The notes under the pieces are model-generated. The model made no database searches. It had not been told where the DNA came from and saw only the letters and a list, made by a program, of their open reading frames with translations. Shown in pieces: positions 37,881 through 48,245 of a stretch of DNA of 64,000 nt (positions are counted from its first letter, which is position 1; the number at the start of each line of letters is the position of its first letter). This stretch comes from Candidatus Bathyarchaeia archaeon (GTDB lineage Archaea; Thermoproteota; Bathyarchaeia; Bathyarchaeales; Bathycorpusculaceae): the NCBI GenBank assembly GCA_050012255.1, contig JBEKHN010000006.1, positions 32,001 through 96,000 of the forward strand, written 5' to 3'. The position numbers were made by a program, and so were the translations under genes.

Positions 37881-40800
37881 ATGCCCTACATCAAGAAAAT
37901 GGAACTCAGGGGTTTCAAATCATTCGGACCGCAGGACGTTAAAATAGTCCTAGACAAGGGTTTCACGGCGATAACAGGCCCAAACGGAAGCGGAAAAACA
38001 AACGTCCTCGATGCTTTTCTATTCTCACTCGGCGAACTGAGCACAAGAAGACTCCGTGCAGAAACCGCCGCGAAACTGATCTTCCACGGGTCAGAAAAGG
38101 CCGGGTTAGAAAGGGCCAAAATGGCCAAGGTAGTGATCCAGTTCGACAACTCAGACGGGCGCATGCCCGTCGACACAACAACAGTTACGATTTCTAGGGA
38201 AGTCTACAGGAACGGACTAAGCGTGTACAGGCTTAACGGCAGAAGAATCTCCAGAACCCACATCATGGAAATCCTTTCCATGGCCGGAATAAGCTCCGCA
38301 AGCCAAAACATAATCCTGCAGGGCACTATTACTCGACTGACGGACATCTCCCCTATGGAACGTAGAAGAATCATCGAAGACCTGATTGGAATAGGCCAGT
38401 ACGACACCGAAAAAGCCGAAGCAGAAGAAAAGCTGCGAGCAGCAGACATCTCCATACGCACCGCCATGGGCAGAATTGACGAAGTGCAGAAGAGGCTTGA
38501 CGACCTAGAAAGAGAACGCAACGAACTGCTCAAAGTCAGCTTCATCCAGGCCGAACTGAGACAGTTTGAAGCGGTCAAGATCTCACACGATATGACTCAG
38601 ATACAGAAGAAGGTAGAGGAAAATTCGTCGCAAGCAGACAAGGTTAAGACCAGAGTTGAAAAACTCAGAGAACTGCGTGACGGTCACAGGTCGAAAAGAA
38701 GAGAAGTTGAGGGTGAATGGCGAAGACTAAGCTCCGAAATGGTCGAGGAAGGCGGCTCTCAGGTAGTCAAGGTGCAGATAACAATCGGAGAGCTGAAATC
38801 AAAACTGACGGAGTTGGCGACCAGAATAAGCTCCGGGAAAACAACCCTGGAAGGACTCACGAGAATCAGGGAAAACAACCTCCAACAACACCAGACAATT
38901 CAAAAGGAAATTCACGAAAACCGGTTAAAGACAAGGCACTTCAGAAGCGAACATGAAAGAATTCTTGGCCAGATAAACGAGAAACAAGCAGAACATGATA
39001 CTCTAGCAAAAGAAGCCGCCCAGCTTTGGGAAAACCTTGGAAAAAACAGCAAGAAAATACGGGAGATCGAGCTTAAAATCGAGGGAGACAACAAGAGACT
39101 CGTATCCTTGAGGTCGGAATACGTAAAGAATCAGACAGCCATCAAGGTGCGGACGAGAAGACAGAAGGACTTGAACGACCGCAAGCAACGGTTTGCAGCA
39201 ACACTCACCGAGCTTGAAAAGTCTTTCTCCGAGCTTGAAAAAGTTCAGAAAGAACAAAAAATTCAGCTGAAAAACCTGGAACGGAACCTTGAAAGAAGAA
39301 GCGCTCAAAAAGAAGCTGTTGAGAGAGAAATAGTTGAAGCAGGCAAGATAGCTGATTCAGCACGTGAAGCGGTCGTCGAGTTTGCAACCCAGAGAGAACT
39401 TGCAGAAACCGTGGCCTCAGAGGAGAAAGCCCTCAGAAGCATAGAAGAGCTGGGCGAACTGGGCGTCATCAAGGGCGTGTACGGAAGACTTCGCAACCTA
39501 GCGAAAATCGACAAGACCTACCAAAGAGCAATGGAAGCTGCATCAGTAGGATGGCTTGACGCCGTCGTCGTAAAAGACTTCGACTCGGCTTTCACGTGTA
39601 CAGAAACGTTGAGAAGGATGAAACTTGGGAGAATAAAGATCATTCCCCTCGAAGGAACCACCGCGGCCAAGCCGTTCAAGATTCCCGAAAAGGAAGGCGT
39701 TCGCGGCGCTGCTGAGGCTTTCATAAAGTCTGAAAAGAGTTGTGGACCTGCGGTCCGCTTCGTTTTCGGAGACACACTCGTTGTAGCGGACGACAAGACC
39801 GCTTTCACGTTGGCCAGCCAGGGCTATCGCAGTGTAACAGTTGAGGGAGACCTCTACGAGGTTGGCGGTGCATTTGAAAGCGGTTACTACCGTGCTCCCA
39901 TAGACTTTTCCACCATAATCCCAAGTGAAACAGCCATCAAGAGCCTAGACGAGGCTGTCAACGCTCTTCAGCAGCATCTTTCAAGGAGAAACGATGACAT
40001 AACCAGCTATGAAGACGAAATCGACCGAACTCGCGTTGAAATCGCCCGCTTGTCCGAAGCCATAACAACGTTAGACAGGGAAATCGTCAGGGTGAAAAGA
40101 AGCGTCAGGAGAACAAGGTCCAACGTTAGACGCGTTGATCACTACATCGTTCGAATCAACAAAGAAATCGAGAATGAGAAAGCCCAGATGTGGGTGCACA
40201 GCGCTGAGAGGAGCTCGATCCTGAAGGAGATGCGAAGACTCCAGAACGAGTTGGCAGTTCTGAGAAAAAGGACAGACCCTGGGCACATTCAGGAAATGGA
40301 AGTCAATAGGGAGAAACTGTCAGAAGAGATAATCACTCTGAGGCAGAAGCTGGGAACAAGCCAGACGGAAATCTCAACGCTGCAGTCGCAGTTCGACAAC
40401 GTTCTGAGGGTTGGGTACCAGAACTCAAAGATTCAGACCTCAAAGGTTGAGCAGCAATTGCGGAAGGTAGAGAAAGATGTGGAGGATGCATTGCAGCAGA
40501 GGGAAGGACTGAAGCAGGAACTTTCGCAACTGGAGAAGAACCGAGTTGAACTTTCAAAGACAGTTTTCTCAGCAAGGGAGGAGGCAAAGAAATTCACGAG
40601 CCAGATTGACGACATAGACAAAGAACTTCGCAAGGTTGACGCTGAGTATGAACAAGTCGACCGTCTGCAAAACCAGCTCCAGCTGAACGTCCAAACGTCT
40701 CTTCTGCAGCTTGAACAGTACCAAAACCAGCTGAGACTTTCCGGTTATAAACAACCACTGACTGTGACTCCGAAACAGGTTGAGGAAGCTGAAACCTCCA

Positions 40801-41432
40801 TGAAGATGATGCAGTTTGAACTTGAAAGAATAGGCGCAGTCAACCAGCTTGCGTTGTCGCATTACGCCGACCAGATTTCACGTTACAAGGAACTTTCGAT
40901 CAGGTTGAACGAGCTTGAAAAAGAAAAGCAGGCAATAGTACAGTTCATGGACGAGATCGACCGGAAGAAACGCAAAATCTTCATGGAAGCCTTCGAAAAA
41001 ATCAACCAAAACCAGAACGTATACTTCTCGAAGCTCACAGGAGGCGGCACCTCCACGATGACGCTTGAAAACGTCGAAGACCCCTTTGCAGGAGGCATAG
41101 ACATGCTCGTCCAATTTCCCAACAAACCCTCAATAGTCGTGAGCGCTGCCAGCGGAGGCGAACGCTCAGTAGCAGCCGTCGCGTTCCTGTTTGCCCTTAG
41201 GGAGTTCACACCCGCATCATTCTACATCCTTGACGAGATCGACGCTCACCTAGACGCTTTCCACGTTTCAAAACTGGCTGAGCTCCTGCGAGAAGAATCG
41301 GACAGAACACAGTTTATAGTTATCACCCTAAAACCCGAAATGGTGAACAAAGCTCAGAAAGTCTACGGGGCCTACATGAGCAACGGAGTGTCAAACGTCA
41401 TTTCCCTCAAACTGCTGGAGGTCCCAAGCTAG
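37881..41432 (+). CDS. smc: Chromosome segregation protein SMC
   Basis: GFKSF, GPNGSGKTN, coiled coils, hinge, SGGE, LDEID. Confidence 0.96.
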   Translation: MPYIKKMELRGFKSFGPQDVKIVLDKGFTAITGPNGSGKTNVLDAFLFSLGELSTRRLRAETAAKLIFHGSEKAGLERAKMAKVVIQFDNSDGRMPVDTTTVTISREVYRNGLSVYRLNGRRISRTHIMEILSMAGISSASQNIILQGTITRLTDISPMERRRIIEDLIGIGQYDTEKAEAEEKLRAADISIRTAMGRIDEVQKRLDDLERERNELLKVSFIQAELRQFEAVKISHDMTQIQKKVEENSSQADKVKTRVEKLRELRDGHRSKRREVEGEWRRLSSEMVEEGGSQVVKVQITIGELKSKLTELATRISSGKTTLEGLTRIRENNLQQHQTIQKEIHENRLKTRHFRSEHERILGQINEKQAEHDTLAKEAAQLWENLGKNSKKIREIELKIEGDNKRLVSLRSEYVKNQTAIKVRTRRQKDLNDRKQRFAATLTELEKSFSELEKVQKEQKIQLKNLERNLERRSAQKEAVEREIVEAGKIADSAREAVVEFATQRELAETVASEEKALRSIEELGELGVIKGVYGRLRNLAKIDKTYQRAMEAASVGWLDAVVVKDFDSAFTCTETLRRMKLGRIKIIPLEGTTAAKPFKIPEKEGVRGAAEAFIKSEKSCGPAVRFVFGDTLVVADDKTAFTLASQGYRSVTVEGDLYEVGGAFESGYYRAPIDFSTIIPSETAIKSLDEAVNALQQHLSRRNDDITSYEDEIDRTRVEIARLSEAITTLDREIVRVKRSVRRTRSNVRRVDHYIVRINKEIENEKAQMWVHSAERSSILKEMRRLQNELAVLRKRTDPGHIQEMEVNREKLSEEIITLRQKLGTSQTEISTLQSQFDNVLRVGYQNSKIQTSKVEQQLRKVEKDVEDALQQREGLKQELSQLEKNRVELSKTVFSAREEAKKFTSQIDDIDKELRKVDAEYEQVDRLQNQLQLNVQTSLLQLEQYQNQLRLSGYKQPLTVTPKQVEEAETSMKMMQFELERIGAVNQLALSHYADQISRYKELSIRLNELEKEKQAIVQFMDEIDRKKRKIFMEAFEKINQNQNVYFSKLTGGGTSTMTLENVEDPFAGGIDMLVQFPNKPSIVVSAASGGERSVAAVAFLFALREFTPASFYILDEIDAHLDAFHVSKLAELLREESDRTQFIVITLKPEMVNKAQKVYGAYMSNGVSNVISLKLLEVPS

Positions 41433-42133
41433 TGTCGGCCACGGCAACAAAGAAACCGTTCTACCTGTTTCCTCCATGGAACATCCTCTTCGAGTTCCAC
41501 AGACTGGAAAAGCTTGCACCATGGAACATCAGCATCGCATACTTACTAACATCGTTTCTTGAAAACATGGAGAAGACGGGCCAAGTAGATTTCAGGGCAT
41601 CAGGAGTGGCCCTTGACTCTTCAGCCCTCATATACCTAATGAAGTCAAGGCTTCTGCTGAAGCTTGAAGAACCTTCACCGCCGCCGAAGCCGCCAATGGA
41701 CTATTTGCCTCCGCCCTTGTTCCTGCCACTCAGACACGAATTGACGTCTACGACCATTGGAAACCTTCTGGAAGTACTGGACGACATCCTGAAACTGGAG
41801 AAGCTGGTTCGCCCAGAGAAGCTTGTCCAACAGCCTGTCTTGCCAACGCCCTCGGAAATACTTCCTCAACTGGACATGTACCTGATGGAAATTGAGCTTC
41901 AGATGGAAAAACTCCACGCCTCCCTTTCGGAACGGGTGAAAGGCGCGGGAATAATAGAGTTCTCAACCTTGATTAAGGGAGTCGGACGGTTTGAGGCGAT
42001 CCGCACGTTCATTCTTTTACTGTTCTTGGCGCAGGATGGAAAAATCAGCCTGTGGCAGAACGAAGAGACAGAGGAGATTTACATAGCTGTTGGTGACTTG
42101 AAACTTGCAGGAAGTAGAGAAACAGGCACCTAG
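41432..42133 (+). CDS. scpA: Kleisin ScpA
   Basis: PWNISI, KSRLLL, FILLLFLAQDGKI; between smc and scpB. Confidence 0.85.
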   Translation: MSATATKKPFYLFPPWNILFEFHRLEKLAPWNISIAYLLTSFLENMEKTGQVDFRASGVALDSSALIYLMKSRLLLKLEEPSPPPKPPMDYLPPPLFLPLRHELTSTTIGNLLEVLDDILKLEKLVRPEKLVQQPVLPTPSEILPQLDMYLMEIELQMEKLHASLSERVKGAGIIEFSTLIKGVGRFEAIRTFILLLFLAQDGKISLWQNEETEEIYIAVGDLKLAGSRETGT

Positions 42134-42707
42134 CCTAGGCGAAGAGGAAAGTGAGAAGCCGACTCCGGCAAGGACACATGATGACTTGTCGATGGTGGAG
42201 GCAGCCTTGTACGTTGCTGGACGCCCCCTAGACCTAAACGAGTTGTGCTCGGTCTTGAAGACCCGGTCAAAGAATAGGGCCAGAAGAACCACGAAGACCC
42301 TCATGCAGCAGTACGCATGCAGAAACACTGCTCTCGAAATTCTGGAACTAAAGGACGAAAGGTATGTTCTGCAGATTAAGGCCGACTTCACACCGCATGT
42401 CAAGAAGTTTGTCAACAGACCGTTGCTTTCTCTCGGTCCGTTAAAGACCCTTTCGTACATAGCCTACAGACAGCCAGTTTCTCAGAAAAGAGTGATCGAA
42501 GTGCGAGGTCGTCACGCCTACACTCACGTAAGAACCTTAAAGGAAATGAGGCTGATTGGAAGTGAAAGAAGTGGAAGGTCATCGGTTCTCAGGACCACAG
42601 AGTATTTCGCGGACTACTTCGGTCTCAGTCCAGACACAGCATCGATGAAAAAAGAGCTCAAACATGTTTTCGAAGAATTCCCAAAGGCAGACAAACGCTC
42701 AGACTGA
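42105..42707 (+). CDS. scpB: SMC-Scp subunit ScpB
   Basis: VEAALY, TLSYIAYRQPV, RG, TTEYFADYFGL. Confidence 0.92.
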   Translation: MQEVEKQAPSLGEEESEKPTPARTHDDLSMVEAALYVAGRPLDLNELCSVLKTRSKNRARRTTKTLMQQYACRNTALEILELKDERYVLQIKADFTPHVKKFVNRPLLSLGPLKTLSYIAYRQPVSQKRVIEVRGRHAYTHVRTLKEMRLIGSERSGRSSVLRTTEYFADYFGLSPDTASMKKELKHVFEEFPKADKRSD

Positions 42708-42781
42708 AAACGGATACGCTTATATTCGAAAGAGCCATGATAGTCCACACTCAAAATTCGGCAACACCGGAGAAATGAAGA

Positions 42782-43177
42782 ATGTCAGTTTGGCATGGCA
42801 AAATGCGCAAGAAAAAACCATCAGGAGGCAGAAGACACGTCTACAGAAAGAAGAGAAAGTTTGAGCAGGGCACGTTTCCAGCTGAGACCATGATGGGAGA
42901 GCAGAAGAAAAAAGTTGTTAGAGGAAGGGGTGGAAACCTGAAAATCAAGGTTCTGAGTGAAAAACAGGTCTGCGTCACCGACCCGAAGACTGGAAAAACG
43001 GAGAAAACAGAGGTTGTACGAGTTGTCAAGAACCCTGCGAACATCGATTACAACCGCAGAGGCGTGATCACTAAGGGAGCCGTCGTACAGACTCCTTTAG
43101 GCCAAGCAAGGATAACATCCCGCCCTGGACAACACGGAATACTGAATGCTGTCCTCATAAGTGCGGAGAAAAGCTAA
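42782..43177 (+). CDS. rps8e: 30S ribosomal protein S8e
   Basis: SGG..RKKRKFE, RGGN.K, ITKGA, TSRPGQHG. Confidence 0.95.
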   Translation: MSVWHGKMRKKKPSGGRRHVYRKKRKFEQGTFPAETMMGEQKKKVVRGRGGNLKIKVLSEKQVCVTDPKTGKTEKTEVVRVVKNPANIDYNRRGVITKGAVVQTPLGQARITSRPGQHGILNAVLISAEKS

Positions 43178-43181
43178 CTTC

Positions 43182-43481
43182 TCATTCCACTTTAGCAACA
43201 GAGCGCATGTTTGAAAGTTTTTTTGCAATCATCGTGATCGTTTGGTTCTTAGAGCCTTTCTTCTCGACCAGAACCATACCGGTTTTCAACCAAGATGCTT
43301 TGGGGTAGCCAGCGTCTGGAAAAAGTTCGCAGGCCAAACTCAGTTTTTCCGCCGCCTCTTTCACCTCTGCAATTTTCGGAGAAGCAACAGCGATGCTTTT
43401 TGGCACTCGCCTTCCATCCTCTCTGCTTCTGGTTAGGTCAAAGTAGGCTGGCCAGATGATCACTTTATCTTGTTTTCGCAA
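43182..43481 (-). CDS. srp19: Signal recognition particle 19 kDa protein
   Basis: IWPAYFD..SR..GRRVP, YP. Confidence 0.92.
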   Translation of the reverse strand: MRKQDKVIIWPAYFDLTRSREDGRRVPKSIAVASPKIAEVKEAAEKLSLACELFPDAGYPKASWLKTGMVLVEKKGSKNQTITMIAKKLSNMRSVAKVE

Positions 43482-43499
43482 GTTCTTTTTCTCCTAAGC

Positions 43500-45251
43500 T
43501 CATTTTTGAGCGAAATAGGCTGTTAACCCATTGTTGATTTCGTCAACTCTGACAAAACCGAACCGTTCAAACTGTATTATGTCGTTCGGCTTCAACTTCT
43601 TACAAGCGCTCTCTGCCACTCCTTCTGCCACGCTTGCGTCAGGCATGACGACCCGGCAAGGCACGTCGTGTCCTATGAGCACCCAGTGGATCAGCTGAGC
43701 CTTAACCTTTCTTGCATCTTCGTAGGACTCGCTGACGAAAAGGCTTTGAGCTGAATACACGTTTGCGTTCTCGATCTTTACGTTGAACAATTCCATCAGG
43801 CGAAGCATCGCGCCCACGCTTGATGAGTCGACGTCTTTCTTCGAAACCCATAGAGTCACGCGGCATTCTTCGCCCTGGGGCTGCACCGTGTATTCTCTGA
43901 ACCCTCTGCCAGACTCGTCTGGATGCAGCTTGAGCCTAGCTTCAAAAAGCTTCGGGACTCTTCTGACCGTTAGCTCTATTGGGTTATTCACGAAAAAGTA
44001 CCTATCAGCGGTTGGATCCAATATCTTGCGGTTGTACGCGTAGAGGTTTTCCCAGCTCAGAGTGACATCCGAAGTCTTCGGCCCGATATCGATAATCATC
44101 TTCTTGATCGCATCAGGCTTTATTCCACGCCTTCGTAAGGCGACAAAAGTTGCCAAGCGCGGGTCATCCCAAGCCTTGTACAGCCCGTCCCGCATTCCTT
44201 GAACTATCTTTGACTTGCTCAGAGACGCCCCCGTGATCTTCAATCTTCCATAGTGTATGGACTCCGGATAATTCCAGCCTAGATGCCGATACATGTACTC
44301 TTGGCGAGCCTGATTTGTCAGGTGCTCCTTCCCCCGGATGATGTGGGTTATGCCAATTAGGTGGTCATCCACACCGCTTGCAAGGTTGTAAAGCGGCCAA
44401 ACCCTGTACTTGCTTCCAACCCTTGGATGTGGATACTTCAGAGTGTCAATGACTCGAAGCGCAGGCCAGTCTCGAACCGCGGGGTTCGGGTGGTCCAAGT
44501 CTGTTTTGACTCGAACAACAGCTTCACCCTCTCTGTAGCCCCCGTCCAGCATCCGTCTCCATCGTTCAAAATGCTCTTCAACTGAAAGGTTGCGGCAATC
44601 GCATGGCCTTTGAGCAAGTATTCTCTTTCGAAACTCTTCCGGTTTGCACGTGCAGACGTACGCGTTTCCATCCCTGACCAGTCTTTCAGCGTGCTCGTAG
44701 TAAATCGGAATTCTGTCGCTTTGAATGTACTCCTCGTCGGGTTTACAACCAAGCCAAGCCAGGTCCTCCCTGATATCGTCATAGAATTCTAAGACGGGCC
44801 TTTTCAGCTTCGGGTCCGTGTCCTCAAAGCGAAGAACAAACTTGCCCTTGTACATCAGCGCATACTCATGGCACAGTACAATCGCTCTGGCTGAGCCCAA
44901 GTGCAGTACACAGTCAGGGTTAGGCGCATAACGAGTGACTACCTGCGGATAATTGGAAACGTTCGGCAGAGGCGGAAGACGTTTTTCTTCAGCCTTCTCC
45001 TTGACAAAGGCTTCTGGCCACTCTGTGTCGACCATGCGCTTCTGCTCATCCGGTGAAAGACCGTTGACCTCTTCAACGATTTCATTGATGAGAGCCGATA
45101 CTTCCTTAACCTTGTCTCTATATTCTGGTCTTTCACCCAGTATCTTTCCAACAACCGCGCCCGTCTGCGCCTTGCCACCATGCTTAACAGCGTTCAACAG
45201 GGCGAACTTGCGAACAAGTTTTCGGAGCCCTGCTTCTTCTCCTAGATTCAA
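43500..45251 (-). CDS. gltX: Glutamate--tRNA ligase (archaeal type)
   Basis: RYAPNP..HLGS, RFEDTDP, LSKSK, QFERFGF. Confidence 0.95.
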   Translation of the reverse strand: MNLGEEAGLRKLVRKFALLNAVKHGGKAQTGAVVGKILGERPEYRDKVKEVSALINEIVEEVNGLSPDEQKRMVDTEWPEAFVKEKAEEKRLPPLPNVSNYPQVVTRYAPNPDCVLHLGSARAIVLCHEYALMYKGKFVLRFEDTDPKLKRPVLEFYDDIREDLAWLGCKPDEEYIQSDRIPIYYEHAERLVRDGNAYVCTCKPEEFRKRILAQRPCDCRNLSVEEHFERWRRMLDGGYREGEAVVRVKTDLDHPNPAVRDWPALRVIDTLKYPHPRVGSKYRVWPLYNLASGVDDHLIGITHIIRGKEHLTNQARQEYMYRHLGWNYPESIHYGRLKITGASLSKSKIVQGMRDGLYKAWDDPRLATFVALRRRGIKPDAIKKMIIDIGPKTSDVTLSWENLYAYNRKILDPTADRYFFVNNPIELTVRRVPKLFEARLKLHPDESGRGFREYTVQPQGEECRVTLWVSKKDVDSSSVGAMLRLMELFNVKIENANVYSAQSLFVSESYEDARKVKAQLIHWVLIGHDVPCRVVMPDASVAEGVAESACKKLKPNDIIQFERFGFVRVDEINNGLTAYFAQK

Positions 45252-45263
45252 CAGTTCTACACT

Positions 45264-46334
45264 CTAGATTTTTCTCTCGATCAAGAAGACTGCGAAGGCT
45301 TTTAGTTTTTCCTTTCCCGCTGAGGGGGGCAGTAACATCTCGACCTCACTCCAGCTTTCTTTGACCATTCTTCTTGCCACCTGCTTCGCGTATTCTGTTG
45401 AGTCGTACTTCAGCATTATGGCGATAGCAGCGTCTCTCAAATCCTGATGTGAAGTGTGCATTTCTAGAATTTCAGTGAGTTTCTTCCTATCCTGGGTTTG
45501 TGCAACCTTCAATGCGTGGATTACTGGTAAGCTCCTCTTCCCCTCTGTTATGTCCTGCCCTCTTCCACCTTTCTTTTCCCCGAACTTCTCGCTGGTCAAG
45601 TCTAGAACGTCATCTTGTATCTGAAAAGCCACCCCTATGCTCTCTGCAAAAATTCCAAGCTTTTCGACGAGTTCATCACTCGCATCAGCCAGAACACTCG
45701 CGATCTTTGCTGCCATTCTTGCCAGAGTTCCCGTCTTGTAGGCGCACATCTGCAGGTAGTCCTTTTCGTCGATTGTGTCAGCGTCTGCTAAGCCTCTGTG
45801 CCAGGCTATGTCCATGGCTTGGCCGAGACTTACGTTGATCATTTCTTGAGCGTAGATCTCGTAGATCCTGCTGATTTTTTGAGGTGATAGCTTCTGGTTT
45901 TTTTCCATCAGTGGAAGAAGTGGCAGGTAGTACATGGCGTTTCCGGCGTTTATGGCCACGTCGAGCCCGAAGATTTTGTAGGTGCAAGGTTTTCCCCTTC
46001 TGTATTCGGATGAATCCTCTATGTCGTCGACCATGAGGGTTCCGTTATGAATGACTTCTGGTATGATGGCATAGTCAGCGTAGTCCTCTGGGTCTTTGCC
46101 TAATGCTTCGCAGACCAGTAGGAACATGGTCGGCCGCCATCTTTTGCCGCCTCTGTCAAGAAATTCCCATATAGGGTCTGCGACTGCCTTGTTCAAGGCT
46201 TCCAAGTTGTACGAGTATCTTGGTGGACTCAGTTTGAACAGAACGGCGTTCTTGGAGAATACTCTTGGAACGTATTTTTCAACGGCCTTGTTTATCAAAG
46301 GGGCCTTTTCTCGAAGAATTTCTTCAATGTCCAT
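45264..46334 (-). CDS. idsA: Polyprenyl (geranylgeranyl) diphosphate synthase
   Basis: GGKRWRP, DDIED..RRG, GQAMD, FQIQDDVLD. Confidence 0.88.
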   Translation of the reverse strand: MDIEEILREKAPLINKAVEKYVPRVFSKNAVLFKLSPPRYSYNLEALNKAVADPIWEFLDRGGKRWRPTMFLLVCEALGKDPEDYADYAIIPEVIHNGTLMVDDIEDSSEYRRGKPCTYKIFGLDVAINAGNAMYYLPLLPLMEKNQKLSPQKISRIYEIYAQEMINVSLGQAMDIAWHRGLADADTIDEKDYLQMCAYKTGTLARMAAKIASVLADASDELVEKLGIFAESIGVAFQIQDDVLDLTSEKFGEKKGGRGQDITEGKRSLPVIHALKVAQTQDRKKLTEILEMHTSHQDLRDAAIAIMLKYDSTEYAKQVARRMVKESWSEVEMLLPPSAGKEKLKAFAVFLIERKI

Positions 46335-46336
46335 GC

Positions 46337-47440
46337 TTAAGCCTTCTGTCTCCGCGCGTAGTTTTCAGTCCCGTAGCCCCTCGTGCGAAGCCATTCTGAG
46401 GTCTTGCCTTTTATCACAATTGGTGCTCTGCGCAGTGATTCGGTCGAACCTGCTCCAACAAGGAACATGACATTTTTCAACTCGTCCATGAGGAGGGAAA
46501 GCGTTTTGCATGTTTCTTTGACTCCTTTAACTGCTGATTGCAGAATTGGCTGGGAAAGGCTTGCCAAGCTGGCGCCCAGCGCGAAACTCTTCGCAGCATC
46601 CACTCCGCTGCGTATTCCTCCGGAAGCGATGACGGGTATACTGACAGATTGAGACACTTCAACAATGCTTGCCACGGTTGGGATTCCCCAGTCCCAGAAG
46701 ACGGCGCCTAGCCTGCGCTTTGAACTGCTCTCGAGCCCTTCTGCACGGTAGTATTCGACGGCTGCGAAGCTTGTGCCGCCTGTTCCGCTCACGTCTATGC
46801 CTTTCACGCCCACGTTCTCAAGCTTCTTGGCCTCTTCAGCAGCTATGCCGGCGCCTGTCTCCTTTGCAATAACCGGCTTGTCTAATTCTTGAGCGACCTC
46901 CCCTATGCGTTCGAGAACGCCTCGAAAGTTTGTTTGGCCCTCGGGCTGGGCAGTCTCCTGGAGCGCGTTTAGGTGTATTGCCAAGGCGTCTGCTTCGATC
47001 ATTTCCACGGCTCTTTTTGCTTCTTTCAAGCCATAGCCGTTGACAAGTTGCACACCACCGATGTTTGCGATGAGGAAGGCGTTTGGAGCTTTTTCCCTAA
47101 CTACCGCGAAGGTCTTCTCAAGTCTTTTATCCTCTATCGCTGCGCGTTGACTTCCTACACCCATTCCCAAGCCCAGCTCTTCGACTGCTTCGGCTATCGT
47201 TGCGTTGATCTTTCCGGCCTCGCGGGTTCCACCCGTTATTGCTCCTGCAATCAATGGCGCGGTAAACCTGTGGCCGAAAACCACGGTGGAGAGGTCTATT
47301 CTTTTCCGGTCAACTTCAGGCAGGGCCTTGTGCACGAAGCTTATGTCCTCGAAACCTGTGGTTACGCTCTTTGCTTGAACGTTCTGGTTCAATGAGATTT
47401 TGATGTGCTCTGACTTTCGCTTCGCTGTTTCTTTTGACAA
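46337..47440 (-). CDS. fni: Type 2 isopentenyl-diphosphate isomerase
   Basis: RKSEH, TGG, GSQR, HLNALQE, KETGAG, GGTSFAAVE. Confidence 0.95.
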   Translation of the reverse strand: MSKETAKRKSEHIKISLNQNVQAKSVTTGFEDISFVHKALPEVDRKRIDLSTVVFGHRFTAPLIAGAITGGTREAGKINATIAEAVEELGLGMGVGSQRAAIEDKRLEKTFAVVREKAPNAFLIANIGGVQLVNGYGLKEAKRAVEMIEADALAIHLNALQETAQPEGQTNFRGVLERIGEVAQELDKPVIAKETGAGIAAEEAKKLENVGVKGIDVSGTGGTSFAAVEYYRAEGLESSSKRRLGAVFWDWGIPTVASIVEVSQSVSIPVIASGGIRSGVDAAKSFALGASLASLSQPILQSAVKGVKETCKTLSLLMDELKNVMFLVGAGSTESLRRAPIVIKGKTSEWLRTRGYGTENYARRQKA

Positions 47441-47444
47441 GACT

Positions 47445-48245
47445 CTATTCCTTCTCTATTACCGTACCCTTTACTGCTTCTCTTTCAAGGGCCTTGTAAA
47501 CGTAACGGGGTTTTGATGCGTTGACAACGGTAACCGGAATGTTCAGTTCGACAGCTGGTATGAGCTCCGCCATTTTACCGAACATGCCGCCGGTGACGTC
47601 GCAGGCCGTTGCCTTGCCCAGCTTGCCTTGAAGACCCTTCAGCTCTTCGAGTGTCAGATGGTCCAGCATCTTCGCGGTTTTTACAAGTTTCGGGTCCGCA
47701 TCATACACTCCGTCAACGTCGACTCCGATTATTATGCGGGCTGCCTCGAACCGTATAGCAAGCGTTGAGACAAGCTGGTCGCCCGACAGCACCGTGAAAC
47801 CTAGCTTTGTGTCCAACACGGCGTCTCCGTAGAGGACGGGTGTGAAGCCCATCTTCAACAGCGACTTTACCGAGGCATCCTCGAACTGTTTGATTCTTCC
47901 GTTTTCTGTGATTATGCATGATAATGGTGTCACGCTTACTGCTGGCAAGTCGTGCCAAATGAGAGAATCCATGAACAAGCCGTTGAGCACAGTCATGTAG
48001 TGATGAGTAACGGAGAAACCGACCTTCTGTGACTCTTCTTTGTAACCTTCCTTTATCGCATACTCTTCCGCTGAGGGATGACCGAAGCTTCCGCCTCCGT
48101 GGACGATTATCAGGTTTTGCACGCGAGCCCCGTGTATCTCACTTGCCAGACGGTTTATCTCATCCGTCTTAGCGGCAAGCTGCCCTTCCTTGTCTGTTAT
48201 CACTGAACCGCCGATTTTCAGGATCGTAGGTTTAAGGCTGCTCAA
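47445..48245 (-). CDS. ipk: Isopentenyl phosphate kinase
   Basis: KIGGSVIT, HGGGSFGH, SGD, DVTGGMFGK; isoprenoid operon context. Confidence 0.9.
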   Translation of the reverse strand: MSSLKPTILKIGGSVITDKEGQLAAKTDEINRLASEIHGARVQNLIIVHGGGSFGHPSAEEYAIKEGYKEESQKVGFSVTHHYMTVLNGLFMDSLIWHDLPAVSVTPLSCIITENGRIKQFEDASVKSLLKMGFTPVLYGDAVLDTKLGFTVLSGDQLVSTLAIRFEAARIIIGVDVDGVYDADPKLVKTAKMLDHLTLEELKGLQGKLGKATACDVTGGMFGKMAELIPAVELNIPVTVVNASKPRYVYKALEREAVKGTVIEKE